Positions 30,000-39,147 of a stretch of DNA of 64,000 bases are shown here, one piece after another (position 1 is the stretch's first letter; every line of letters starts with the position of its first letter). Source of the stretch: Nitrospirota bacterium (GTDB lineage: Bacteria > Nitrospirota > Thermodesulfovibrionia > Thermodesulfovibrionales > Dissulfurispiraceae). The position numbers were made by a program, and so were the translations under genes. The DNA is taken from assembly GCA_963710375.1 (NCBI GenBank), contig CAVPZX010000005.1, positions 32,001 through 96,000 on the forward strand, in the 5' to 3' direction. Below the pieces are notes generated by a model. That model was not told the origin of the DNA. It made no database searches and saw nothing but the letters and a program-made list of their open reading frames with translations.

Positions 30000-31604
30000 T
30001 TAAAATAATTCCTTCTGGTCTTTCTTCTTTTCGAGGGCTGCTTTTTTGAATGTAAGACCACCAGCGCCCAAATCAGGATATACGGGCCTTTCCTTCCCGT
30101 CCAGGAGTCCTTGTATGGTAAGAATTTGAATTTTAGGAAAGCTCTTGCCAGTTATCTCCGACGTGTAAAAGCCTGCCTTGGCGGCTTCGACTTCCATAGG
30201 CTTAGTTACTTCTGACAACGTCACAAAAAGACCTATTTGAGCTTCGTCTCTCTGAACTACACCCACCAAATCCCTTACCATTGGAACGCTGACATTTTCG
30301 CCGCCCTTCACGGACACTATTATCTTTCCTGTTTTTTTCTGATCCTCATGAAAGAAAATTAGTCCGTCTATACCACTATCAGCGCCTTTCTTTTTTCCCT
30401 TATAAGGCTGTGCATCAACTAAAGAGCATGCCCACCACTGGAATTGGTATTTGTCTCGTGTAGCGAGGTCTTTAGCGCCCTCATAATCTTTCGGTGTGCC
30501 ATGGACTTCATAGGAAACCTCCGGAAAGGCATCTTTTAGACGCTTTTCAATTAGGGAAATGGCAAGATGTGTAATATCTATGCCTATCCACTTACGATGG
30601 AGTTTCTCGGCTGCATGTACCGCCGTTCCGCATCCGCAAAACGGATCAAGCAAGATGTCGTCCTCACTTGAAGAAGCGGAGATAATTCTTTCAAGGAGGG
30701 CTAACGGCTTTTGAGTGGGATATCCCAGTCTCTCGGCAGCCTGTGCTCCGATGGGCATTATATCTGTAATCACTGATTTAATAGGAGTGCCTTTTTGCTC
30801 GTGCAAATATCTCTTGAGATAAGGACGCCCACTCTTACTCCATTCCAGCCGGGAAGCGGCATCCAGTGCTTCCAATTTCTCTCGCACAACTCGCCAACCC
30901 CATTCCGGCTTGTAGCCCTTGTATTCATAGGAAAGGTTGGGACGTGGTCCCATTGAGGCCGAACGTATGATATGATCAAGGCGATAAATACCTCTTTCAT
31001 CGTTATAACGATAGAAATCCTCGACATATTTAGGATCATGAGCAGTGAATACTGGGTTCCAGACAAAATTATTGCTCTTGCTGTAAAAAAGAATGGTATC
31101 GTGAACACTTCCCCATTTCATCGAATCATTGTGACTACTCGTTCGTTGCCAGATTATTTCATTCCTAAAATTCTCTGCACTAAATACACTATCCAGAACA
31201 ATCTTTAAATAATGGGATGCAGTAGGATCACAATGCAAGTAAAGACTCCCAGTCGGTTTTAGTACACGATGTAGTTCTGTTAGCCGGTTGGCCATCATAG
31301 TAAGATAAGCCATCATATCATTCTCACCAAGGAAGCGACGTAACGACTGCATCATCTCAGCGACGTCTGTATTTTTGCCATGTACCAACTGCGCAAATTC
31401 CGATTCAGCCTGCTGTCCCCAATGCCAGGTGTCTTCAAATGCTTCTATTTGTGCGTGGCTGCTGTGGCCCTTCGGAGATTTAAAAAGAACATTATATGTA
31501 GCCGAACTGTTGAAAGGCGGATCAAGATATATGAGATCAATGGTCTCATCCTTAATTTCGTCGCGTAGTACCTGAAGGTTATCGCCAAAATATAACTTGT
31601 TCAC
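30000..31604 (-). CDS. N6/N4 DNA methyltransferase with C-terminal Mrr-like domain
   Basis: 'IYLDPPF', 'YPTQKP', 'LDPFCGCGT'; C-terminal 'GADSGIDG...IVSVKGG'. Confidence 0.9.
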   Translation of the reverse strand: MNKLYFGDNLQVLRDEIKDETIDLIYLDPPFNSSATYNVLFKSPKGHSSHAQIEAFEDTWHWGQQAESEFAQLVHGKNTDVAEMMQSLRRFLGENDMMAYLTMMANRLTELHRVLKPTGSLYLHCDPTASHYLKIVLDSVFSAENFRNEIIWQRTSSHNDSMKWGSVHDTILFYSKSNNFVWNPVFTAHDPKYVEDFYRYNDERGIYRLDHIIRSASMGPRPNLSYEYKGYKPEWGWRVVREKLEALDAASRLEWSKSGRPYLKRYLHEQKGTPIKSVITDIMPIGAQAAERLGYPTQKPLALLERIISASSSEDDILLDPFCGCGTAVHAAEKLHRKWIGIDITHLAISLIEKRLKDAFPEVSYEVHGTPKDYEGAKDLATRDKYQFQWWACSLVDAQPYKGKKKGADSGIDGLIFFHEDQKKTGKIIVSVKGGENVSVPMVRDLVGVVQRDEAQIGLFVTLSEVTKPMEVEAAKAGFYTSEITGKSFPKIQILTIQGLLDGKERPVYPDLGAGGLTFKKAALEKKKDQKELF

Positions 31605-31747
31605 TCCGGTATTATAATCATTTCAATAATCGAAGTATATATTTGCCCCGCCGTGTCTCTGCCCCTTTTCTGCGGACAAAAAAACGGGACGACTGTTATA
31701 TCGTCCCTTGTCAGTTTAAAGCCTGTATGACCTTCTCCTTGCGTCTG

Positions 31748-32263
31748 TCAGCGTCTAAAACCCCCTGAGACATCCATAACGCCGCCGTTTGCCCCTGAGT
31801 CGTCTGCAAGGACGAAGCCGCCGGCGTCCTTACGCTTCGCCCGATTGGCGTCTTGCTCCTTCTTTTCGGCTTCGAGCGTGACTTTTGCGGCCCTCGCCAT
31901 CATGATATACTGTCGGAGATCCAAGGGCCTGCCCAGCGGCCCGTAACTCGGCGGTCTGTCAGTCTCCTGCAGATACGCAATGACCTGTATGTTGAGATCG
32001 AGCCGCACAAGTATGAATTCCGGCAGTATGTCGAGCGGCACGAGCGCGGATTCCTTGTACGATGTTACCGACCCATCAGGGTGTTTGCAGGCCCACACGT
32101 CTATAATACAGGCCCCGGAGCAACGGCCCCGCCAATTCTCACGCGCACGGAGACGATTGTCAAGGGCGGCGTTGACGATCTGCCGGTGTTCCCGCTGTGA
32201 TGTCGTGTCGTGCAAACCGCCTTTAAGTCTGTGGTCCTCGGCGTCCTCTTTCTGTTTGAGCAT
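31748..32263 (-). CDS. hypothetical protein downstream of relaxase
   Basis: GGAGG RBS, same operon direction. Confidence 0.6.
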   Translation of the reverse strand: MLKQKEDAEDHRLKGGLHDTTSQREHRQIVNAALDNRLRARENWRGRCSGACIIDVWACKHPDGSVTSYKESALVPLDILPEFILVRLDLNIQVIAYLQETDRPPSYGPLGRPLDLRQYIMMARAAKVTLEAEKKEQDANRAKRKDAGGFVLADDSGANGGVMDVSGGFRR

Positions 32264-32281
32264 GTCCGTATTCCTCCCTTT

Positions 32282-34090
32282 TTATCTGTGCAGGTCGGGC
32301 CGGATATCCGGGGTCCGGCCCGGCCCCACGACGCTATTTCCTTGCTGTATCTTGGCATCCACGGTTTCCAAAAGGGACATAAGTTCGTAGCCGTGAGCAT
32401 GCGCCATCTCTTCCCGCATGGCCTCCCCGTTGTCCACCGGGGCGGCGAACAAAGACGCCCCGGACTGCAGGGCGTTCTCGACCGCCGCACGCTTTAACAC
32501 TTGGAACAGTCCGCTCGGCCCTACGAACCCGATGACGGACTTGCTGATGTTCATGCGGATGCCGTCTTTCGCGAGTAGTTCTTTGAGTTGTTCGAGGGTC
32601 CTCGGCCTCGCCTGTTGCATCACTTCGTCAAGCCTCCCCTGCAACTTCTCGACAGTGTTCGTCAACTGGATGTTTCTATTCTTTAATGCCTCCGCTTTTT
32701 CGAGGGCTTCGGCGTTGGCCTTTTTGAGCTTGTCGGTTTCGTCCTGGGCGGCGTTAGGCTTTGGCCGATGCGTCTCCCCCCCGGCGTCGGCAACGACATA
32801 TCCGTCGTCACCGCCCGCCTCGACGCCTTCCCGCCGTTCGTGGCCCGCACGTCTATCGTCGCCATGGCGCCTATCGCCGACATTAGCCGCCGTGTCGTCT
32901 ATGGTCTCGACATGCTGGCCCGGCTCGGCGACTCCGCCGTGAGCCTGGAGATCCTCGGTGGCCGTCTTGGTCTTCTCGGCCTCGGCGGCCTTGATTATGT
33001 CCTCCTCGGTGATGCTCCCTTTCTCCCTCGCGAGCTTGAGCAATAGCGGCAACGCCACTGTCATCCCGATGTTTAAAGCGGTGCCTGCGACCACACCGGC
33101 CACGGCGACCACGTCCCTTTCCCCGGCCTGTACTATCGACGCCGCGCCCCTGACGGCGTGACCTCCGGCTTGCATCGCTGTGTTGCTGATCGCGTCAGTT
33201 TTCCTCTTCTGCTCTTTTTCTGCTTTCTCCATCTGTCTCACCCTCCGTTTTTGTAGATAGGTTATTACATCGTCCTTGCTTTTCAACCTCGGACGCCTAA
33301 TCAAGCCCTTCGGCCCCCCGATCCTGCATCGTCTCCCCTTCTCGTTCTGTATCGACAGATATTCCTTTGTTTCCGTGTCCTCAGCTACAGAATAGCCCCG
33401 CCCTTCCAAGTGCCTTTTGAAGTCCTCATAGTCCGTAGCGTTTGCCAATGCGAAATTTACCGCCTGCCTGTACGGTTCCCGATAGCTCGGCCTCGCCGGT
33501 TTCCCATTCTTCGGGAAAAGCATGTTCTGCTCGGCCTGCGAGCGGTTCGGCACGATCTCAAGCTCGTCATACTCCTTCGGCGCGAACTTGATGCCGGCCG
33601 CCTGAAACCGCTCCGACAAAGCCTGCTTGAGTTCCTCCGTCTCCGCAATCGCATTTCGCATCGGATGGTTTTTGATGTCCCGAAATATCAAGGCATGGGC
33701 GTGGTCATGATCATGGTTCCTGTCCGGCCCATGCCGGACAAGCAAAAAGGCCCCGTACCTCCTTGCGCACTCCTGTTGCACCTCAACAAACACCGCATCC
33801 CTGTCCTCCTCCGTCTCTGCCATGAGGCTGAACACCCTGCGACACGAGCTATGCGTCGGATCGGAACACAGAGCGAAGCGTCGCCGTATCTCGTCGGCCA
33901 TGTCCTCCCTGTCGATCTCCTCGCCCTGCTCGTTGTAGAGCTCCGCCGTCGGAGGCCTGCCGAGATAGGCACCGTGATCGAGGTCCTCTATAAGTCCCGT
34001 CCCCCACGACGTCACCTTTATGAACGGCCTGTAAGGTTCGGGCGCCTTGGCCTCGTCCACGTCTGTCGCCGTCACTGTCTCCGTTTCCAT
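32282..34090 (-). CDS. HUH relaxase (MOB-P-like) with long C-terminal extension
   Basis: 'LVRHGPDRNHDHDHAHALI' 3H motif, N-terminal 'GAYL' Tyr, 'ALANATDYEDFKRHLEGRGY'; coupled to mobC by TGATG. Confidence 0.8.
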   Translation of the reverse strand: METETVTATDVDEAKAPEPYRPFIKVTSWGTGLIEDLDHGAYLGRPPTAELYNEQGEEIDREDMADEIRRRFALCSDPTHSSCRRVFSLMAETEEDRDAVFVEVQQECARRYGAFLLVRHGPDRNHDHDHAHALIFRDIKNHPMRNAIAETEELKQALSERFQAAGIKFAPKEYDELEIVPNRSQAEQNMLFPKNGKPARPSYREPYRQAVNFALANATDYEDFKRHLEGRGYSVAEDTETKEYLSIQNEKGRRCRIGGPKGLIRRPRLKSKDDVITYLQKRRVRQMEKAEKEQKRKTDAISNTAMQAGGHAVRGAASIVQAGERDVVAVAGVVAGTALNIGMTVALPLLLKLAREKGSITEEDIIKAAEAEKTKTATEDLQAHGGVAEPGQHVETIDDTAANVGDRRHGDDRRAGHERREGVEAGGDDGYVVADAGGETHRPKPNAAQDETDKLKKANAEALEKAEALKNRNIQLTNTVEKLQGRLDEVMQQARPRTLEQLKELLAKDGIRMNISKSVIGFVGPSGLFQVLKRAAVENALQSGASLFAAPVDNGEAMREEMAHAHGYELMSLLETVDAKIQQGNSVVGPGRTPDIRPDLHR

Positions 34091-34434
34091 CAAAACGCCG
34101 CCCCAACGGTGGCCTGCAATATTTTTCTGATCTGTTCGAGGTACGCCTTCGCCTCGTCAGTGATAATCTGGATGTCCGGCCCCGCCCCGGACTTGTTGCC
34201 GATCCAAACCGCCTTGCACAATTGATTGAGCAACACGGCGTTGCTTTGAAGTTCCATTTTCAACAAGTGCAAAGCCTCCGTGTCCACCGGTCTGCCGAAT
34301 ACACTTTGCCTGAGCCATTCAGACGCGGACAACCCCGTTTGCTCCGCCTGCACCAACAACTGCGTGTGGCCTTCCGGCGTCATCTTGCATGTCACAGTAT
34401 GCGAGTATTTTTTAGGTCTCGGTTTCCGTGGCAT
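34090..34434 (-). CDS. mobC: MobC relaxosome accessory protein
   Basis: RHH N-terminus 'VTCKMTPE...GLSASEWLR', 'ELQSNAVLLNQL' (variant of GxNLNQ). Confidence 0.75.
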   Translation of the reverse strand: MPRKPRPKKYSHTVTCKMTPEGHTQLLVQAEQTGLSASEWLRQSVFGRPVDTEALHLLKMELQSNAVLLNQLCKAVWIGNKSGAGPDIQIITDEAKAYLEQIRKILQATVGAAF

Positions 34435-34817
34435 TAGTTAGCCCTCCTCTCCTCGTATGCCGACAACATCTCCGACATGCGATTGATACTGCCGCAAAAC
34501 CCGTCGATTGTTTTGTCCATGGTATCCAACGCTCGATCGAGCGGCGATGTAGCATGCTCGGTGTCAGTCTCCCTCCGTTCAAGCTCGTCAAGGAGTTCCC
34601 CTGTCGACAATGCAGACAAGCATTGTTCGACGCTCTGTTCGACAGCCGCTTTAACACTTCCGTCGTGTTCGACATCTTGTTGAACGGCCTGTTCGACAAG
34701 CACGGACCTGCGGATAAATTCAGAGACCGAAAGGCCCTCGGCTTTTGCTTTGTTCGACAAGCCTTCAAATTCGTCGTCCGAAAAGCGTACTCCACGCGGT
34801 TTCGATGTGTTCGACAT
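34434..34817 (-). CDS. RHH DNA-binding protein, first gene of the mob operon
   Basis: 'RGVRFSDDEF...AKAEGLSVSEFIR'; GGAGGTG RBS; TAATG overlap with mobC. Confidence 0.7.
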   Translation of the reverse strand: MSNTSKPRGVRFSDDEFEGLSNKAKAEGLSVSEFIRRSVLVEQAVQQDVEHDGSVKAAVEQSVEQCLSALSTGELLDELERRETDTEHATSPLDRALDTMDKTIDGFCGSINRMSEMLSAYEERRAN

Positions 34818-34849
34818 GTTCGACACCTCCATTTTTTGCGTGTTCGACA
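34624..34849. repeat. 8 copies of TGTTCGAC(A)
   Basis: Copies start at 34624, 34636, 34666, 34690, 34751, 34808, 34817, 34841. Confidence 0.8.
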
Positions 34850-34934
34850 CACTGTTTAACAGTTCCGCACGGTACTGCGGCTGCCTTTTTTGCCCCACTT
34901 GTGGGGAAGAGACCCAACGGGTCGAAGGGGAGTC

Positions 34935-34990
34935 AGGGAGGGTTACTTCGATAGAAGTAACTCCTCCCTTTATCTCCGCCTTGCTTTTGA
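34935..34990. other. candidate origin of transfer (oriT)
   Basis: Inverted repeat agggagggttacttc-gata-gaagtaactcctccct next to cgccttgc, just upstream of the RHH-mobC-relaxase operon. Confidence 0.5.
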
Positions 34991-35005
34991 AGACGGCCCT
35001 CCCTA

Positions 35006-36238
35006 TCAAAGATAGCGGGGCTCCGTGACGCCGACGCCCTGGACATTGCTGGTCTCCTGTTTCCATCCGGAAACCAATCTATCAACATTTGCAGTAAGAG
35101 CCGTTTTGTCTACCGCGACCCTGTTCCTGCCTTCTGCTTTCGCGCGATAGAGCATTTTGTCTGCGTCGCCCAACATTTCAAGTCCTCGGCGTCCCGACTC
35201 CGACAAAGGCAACTGCAACAGCGAACTGCTGACGCCGATAGACGCCGTGAGTGAAAAGGGTTTACCGTCAGCTTCGAACCACATATTTTGTATGTCAGTC
35301 CGTATTTTATTTGCACCACTGATAAACACATCCGGCGTTTCGCGGGAGGTATTTTTTACCTCTACTAAGATCGCCACCTCCTCCCCGCCTACCCTAGCTG
35401 TGATCGTCTGAAGCCCCGGAAATGCTTCCCCTGTAGTGGTCTGGATTTGCTTTGCAACGCCCGCAAGAACGGCGTCACCCGTATTGTGTCCATATCTGTC
35501 GTTGACATGCTTGAAGTAATCGAGGTCCAGAATGGCGGTATAAAAACAGAAATCGTGAGCCTCATTGACCAGCTTTTGAAGCCCGGCACGATTGGCCAAG
35601 CCCGTCAATGCGTCGGTGAAAGCAATGTCCTCCAAGCCCTTAATTTTTGAATCTATCTCCGAGACAAACCTGGCAACCTCCGGGGCCTGCCGGAGATAGA
35701 TCGGCAGTTCCAAGGTCGCCTTTTGATAAGACGCTTGCAACTGCTCCACCTGCGTTGTTAGCCTGCGAACCATGTCATCCCTTATCCGCAACTCACGCAA
35801 CACCTCGGTCACGGAGTCGCTGACTGTCGTGATTGCGTTGGTCTGCGTGTCCAAGATCGGCTTGACCGCCTGCATAACCGCTGATGTCATCTTTTCTTTC
35901 AAGTCCACCTGCGCCATGGCCTTGGCCCATTCCTCGGACCGTGCGTTAGCGAGGTCCTGCCAAGCGTCCGCCTCGTTTGCTAACAAGTTCTCGAATTCGG
36001 CAGTGAGCCAGTCCCGCCACGCCGACAATGCCCTTACCGACTTCGGTTCGCGGCGCGCATAATTTGCGACATCTCGGTCGAACCACTCAATGACCTCGCC
36101 CGCTGACAGCCGACCTTCTTGGTCCGCGCCGAAATGCATGTTTTCTGCCTCAGAGTCGGCAAACCAATCAATAAGCCCCTCGGGGGCGCCGTGTTCCCGT
36201 AGCCAGTCCAGCGTGATCATCGTTTCGTTTTTTTCCAT
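35006..36238 (-). CDS. GGDEF diguanylate cyclase (GGEEV variant) with coiled-coil N-terminus
   Basis: 'TDALTGLANR', 'DLDYFKHVNDRYGHNTGD', 'ARVGGEEV', 'TASIGV', 'ADKMLYRAKAEGRNRV'; GGAGG RBS at ATG 36238. Confidence 0.85.
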   Translation of the reverse strand: MEKNETMITLDWLREHGAPEGLIDWFADSEAENMHFGADQEGRLSAGEVIEWFDRDVANYARREPKSVRALSAWRDWLTAEFENLLANEADAWQDLANARSEEWAKAMAQVDLKEKMTSAVMQAVKPILDTQTNAITTVSDSVTEVLRELRIRDDMVRRLTTQVEQLQASYQKATLELPIYLRQAPEVARFVSEIDSKIKGLEDIAFTDALTGLANRAGLQKLVNEAHDFCFYTAILDLDYFKHVNDRYGHNTGDAVLAGVAKQIQTTTGEAFPGLQTITARVGGEEVAILVEVKNTSRETPDVFISGANKIRTDIQNMWFEADGKPFSLTASIGVSSSLLQLPLSESGRRGLEMLGDADKMLYRAKAEGRNRVAVDKTALTANVDRLVSGWKQETSNVQGVGVTEPRYL

Positions 36239-36272
36239 CCGTTTTTCCTCCGTGTTTTTATTTTTTACGACT

Positions 36273-36470
36273 TTAAAAGAACAGTTCCGCCCCGGCCTCA
36301 ACCTCGACAGGTTCCGGGGCCTCCGGTTTTTTTGTTTGCATTTCCACCGGCATCTGCACGGGGAAAATCCACCGCTTGCACCCCCGGCACCACTCCACTG
36401 TCTCCTTCACCTTTTTGCCGCACAGCGGGCATAGAAAAAGGATCGGCTTCCCCTGTTTCATTTCCGACAT
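36273..36470 (-). CDS. small Zn-ribbon protein
   Basis: 'CPLCGK...WCRGCK'; start overlaps the upstream stop (TGATG). Confidence 0.6.
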   Translation of the reverse strand: MSEMKQGKPILFLCPLCGKKVKETVEWCRGCKRWIFPVQMPVEMQTKKPEAPEPVEVEAGAELFF

Positions 36471-36589
36471 CAGTTCCACCGGGCGGCGAGCCACGCCGCG
36501 ACTGCCTCGGCCTCGGCGACGTACCCGGCTTTTATCAAGTGGCTGATGACGGGGTTAAGGGGCTTCTGCTTGGGTTTCTGCTGTTTCAT
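36470..36589 (-). CDS. 39-aa hypothetical protein
   Basis: MKQQKPKQKPLNPVISHLIKAGYVAEAEAVAAWLAARWN; coupled at both ends. Confidence 0.5.
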   Translation of the reverse strand: MKQQKPKQKPLNPVISHLIKAGYVAEAEAVAAWLAARWN

Positions 36590-36795
36590 CAGTTGCCTCC
36601 CTTGTCAGGTTCTTTGTCCGGCATCGCCCTAATCACTGCGGCCCAATTGGTTTTTGTCTTCTTCGGCTTCTCCTGGGCGGGTGCCGGTGGTGCAGGCTGA
36701 TAGAACGGGCACTTGTTGTGCTCGTTTGGTTCCCTCTCGCATGTGCCCCGCTCCTCGCATGTCATGCATATGCTCTCATATCCTTTGGTGTTCAT
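36589..36795 (-). CDS. small Cys-rich hypothetical protein
   Basis: 'CMTCEERGTC...CPFY'; ATGA overlap with the upstream gene. Confidence 0.55.
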   Translation of the reverse strand: MNTKGYESICMTCEERGTCEREPNEHNKCPFYQPAPPAPAQEKPKKTKTNWAAVIRAMPDKEPDKGGN

Positions 36796-37211
36796 CGGCC
36801 CGCCTCCTGTGAGACCGGTGCGGAGTCCTCGGCGTCCTTTACCCATGGCTCGCACGTCTGCCACTTGTGCATCGCCTCGTACTGCATCCCGAAATTGCCC
36901 TGCCATGCGAGCCACGGGCTCACACGATACCAGCAATCATTGCCGTCCCTGCGTTGCTTCACTAAGCCCTTGGACGCCAAGGTCTTGGCGGCGTTTATGA
37001 CGGACTTCCTGCTGACGTGGAGTTGCTTGGCGACCTTACTGTGCGATATGCAGACCTCGGCTCCCTGGTAGCCGACCGTCAGGACCAGGGCCATGAGCAC
37101 CTTGAAGTTGACGTGGGACAGTTCCGCCATTGCGGCGTGCAGTCCGTTCCTGGCGACCATCACGTTGCCACCCGTCGCCTTGTTGTAGTCAGACATAAAC
37201 TTCTCGCTCAT
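36792..37211 (-). CDS. RepL-like winged-HTH protein, copy 2
   Basis: 'FKVLMAL...ISHSKVAKQLHVSRKSVINAAKTLASKGLV...YRVSPWLAWQG'. Confidence 0.65.
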   Translation of the reverse strand: MSEKFMSDYNKATGGNVMVARNGLHAAMAELSHVNFKVLMALVLTVGYQGAEVCISHSKVAKQLHVSRKSVINAAKTLASKGLVKQRRDGNDCWYRVSPWLAWQGNFGMQYEAMHKWQTCEPWVKDAEDSAPVSQEAGR

Positions 37212-37756
37212 GACTGCACCTCCTGTGCCTGCCAATTGCGGCCCCTGAGCACCTTTAACAAAGGTTTTAGCTTTCCCTTCCACGCGCATTGCGGATTCAG
37301 CCGGATATACATGGTGCCGCCCTTCTCGACCTTGCACAGATAGCCGCCGCCAACCATCTCGCCATCTACCTCTATACCGTCTATCAAGGTGTGGATATGA
37401 GTGTAGATGGTCTGCTGCGAACTGATGTTAAGTGCGGCAGCTATCTCGGTATTGCTTATGTGGATGTAGTTTTCAAAATCGAGGCGGGCCATGAGGTAGC
37501 AGAGAACCCGGCATGCGCCGGAAGGCAACTCCGTGGCTGCCTTAAGAAGCGTCGATTGAAATGCTATGATGTGGTCGCCGACAAATCCGTTAAGCTCCTT
37601 CTGCTCCTTACGGATGGCTGCGAAACGGGACTTAGATACAAGCAGCTGCACCGATTGCTCTGCGAGTATCTCGCCGGTTTCATCGTTGGTGATCGAAACG
37701 GTGTGATTTCTGGAGGGTTGCCTTGTTGCTGTTACTGTATTGGCCTTTGTGTTCAC
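37208..37756 (-). CDS. RepL-like replication/maintenance protein, copy 1
   Basis: 'DETGEI', 'RVLCYLMARLDFENYIHISNTEIAAALNIS', 'RLNPQCAWKG'; GTG start after AGGAG. Confidence 0.75.
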   Translation of the reverse strand: MNTKANTVTATRQPSRNHTVSITNDETGEILAEQSVQLLVSKSRFAAIRKEQKELNGFVGDHIIAFQSTLLKAATELPSGACRVLCYLMARLDFENYIHISNTEIAAALNISSQQTIYTHIHTLIDGIEVDGEMVGGGYLCKVEKGGTMYIRLNPQCAWKGKLKPLLKVLRGRNWQAQEVQS

Positions 37757-37973
37757 CTGTGCACTCCTATCCGTCTGGATTTTCGTGCACGGTGACTTGC
37801 TTGGTCGGCCACGACCATGGCGTCGGTGGGGCGGGATAGAGCCTTGCACTGCCCAGTTCCCGAAACTCTCCACGCTCAGTCTGGTGGAGATGCTCCCCGT
37901 TGCCGCTACTGCTTTTTGATCTGTTTAGTGTATCACAAAACTTCCTCGAACCCCTGAAAACCGCCCTTGTGAG

Positions 37974-38339
37974 CTAAACGATGCTGTTAAATGTTTGTTT
38001 TTTCGGCTTTCTATTCGGCCTCGGCTGTGATGCATTTTCACGGCAAGCCTTCGTCTTCCTTTCCGACTTCGCTTTGCCGCCGATCTTTCCGCCCTTGCTT
38101 GCCCAGCCGCGAACGAACACTGATGCCTCGGCGTCGCTGAACATGCCGTGATATTGCATAATGAGCACGGTGGCTTCGGGATCGTCGTCGTGGTCGTCGA
38201 ATACGAAAGCCGCAGGCGGCTCCGGCAGGCCCAAGTATTTTGCCCGAGAAAAATAGAAGCCGCCGACTTCAAGAGCGACAACCCATGGCACCGGCTCGTC
38301 TGCTCTGTACGATTTTCCTCTGTGCTTGTATGTTTTCAT
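37974..38339 (-). CDS. hypothetical protein with basic KGG-type C-terminus
   Basis: 'ASKGGKIGGKAKSERKTKACRENA'; GGAGG RBS. Confidence 0.6.
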   Translation of the reverse strand: MKTYKHRGKSYRADEPVPWVVALEVGGFYFSRAKYLGLPEPPAAFVFDDHDDDPEATVLIMQYHGMFSDAEASVFVRGWASKGGKIGGKAKSERKTKACRENASQPRPNRKPKKQTFNSIV

Positions 38340-38450
38340 CTGTCAAAGCTCCTCCGGTTCCTGTTCTATTTTAATTATAGCAGAACACGCTTCGATAATT
38401 CAAGTCCTTTCCCAAACTTTTTTCGCGGGTATTTGCCCTACATTTTCGTT

Positions 38451-39140
38451 TTCCAAAATATTGGAAGATTTTTCCAAAAATTTGGAAAGTCCTTGTTGAT
38501 GCTGTAGGCTTCCGGGGTCATCTCTTAATGTATAATGTTTCAGTGCTGATTAAGGAGCCTTTTACAGCACTGGCCGACCATCGCCTTTGTCTTTATTACG
38601 CCGTCCCCGACTTCGCCGTGAGCGAATAGTTCGCGCCGAGTTCCGAAAACTCCCTGCGATGCTCGGCGACGATAAAGCCGTCGCCTGTGCTTCTCGCTCG
38701 CTTTCGGTCCTCGTCAGGACTTATAAATTTTTAAAAAGACCGCCTTGAACGAAGAGGGCCCCGGTTCCTTCCGGCGATTCTCGCCCGCCGTGCCTTCGCC
38801 TCTCAGAAAATCTTTAATATTCTGTCAGGGCGGTTCGGGACCCGACGACGAGGAGCGAGGCTCGGGAGCGATGAGGAGGAGCGGCCCGAATCCCCTGACG
38901 CGGGTCGCTCGTTCGGAGAACGAGTGACCTTCTTTCAGATAGCATCACTCCGTCCCTCTGCTATCTGGAGATCTTCCAGATACATTTACGGCGGCCTCTC
39001 CTGCGGGATCCCACCGATCCCGTGCCGGCCGTTGTCCAATGTCTTCACCTTTCCTTCCAAAGCCGGTCTTCAATCATTTTACTGTTTGACTATGTTGCGG
39101 CGGCTGCGGTGTGGGCCTGGGCCGCCGCCATCTCATAGCT
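38451..39140. other. candidate replication origin / single-strand origin region
   Basis: Two 16-bp imperfect palindromes (38451, 38472) followed by about 600 bp of hairpin-rich DNA with no credible ORF. Confidence 0.45.
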
Positions 39141-39147
39141 CGCCTCA

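Noticed and set aside
34624..34849. CRISPR-array interpretation of the TGTTCGACA repeats
   Set aside because: Repeats are 9 bp, irregularly spaced and inside a CDS; no cas genes in the window
34818..35066. N-terminal extension of the 210-aa ORF 34434-35066
   Set aside because: Crosses the candidate oriT and overlaps the GGDEF gene; a better RBS and ATG exist at 34817
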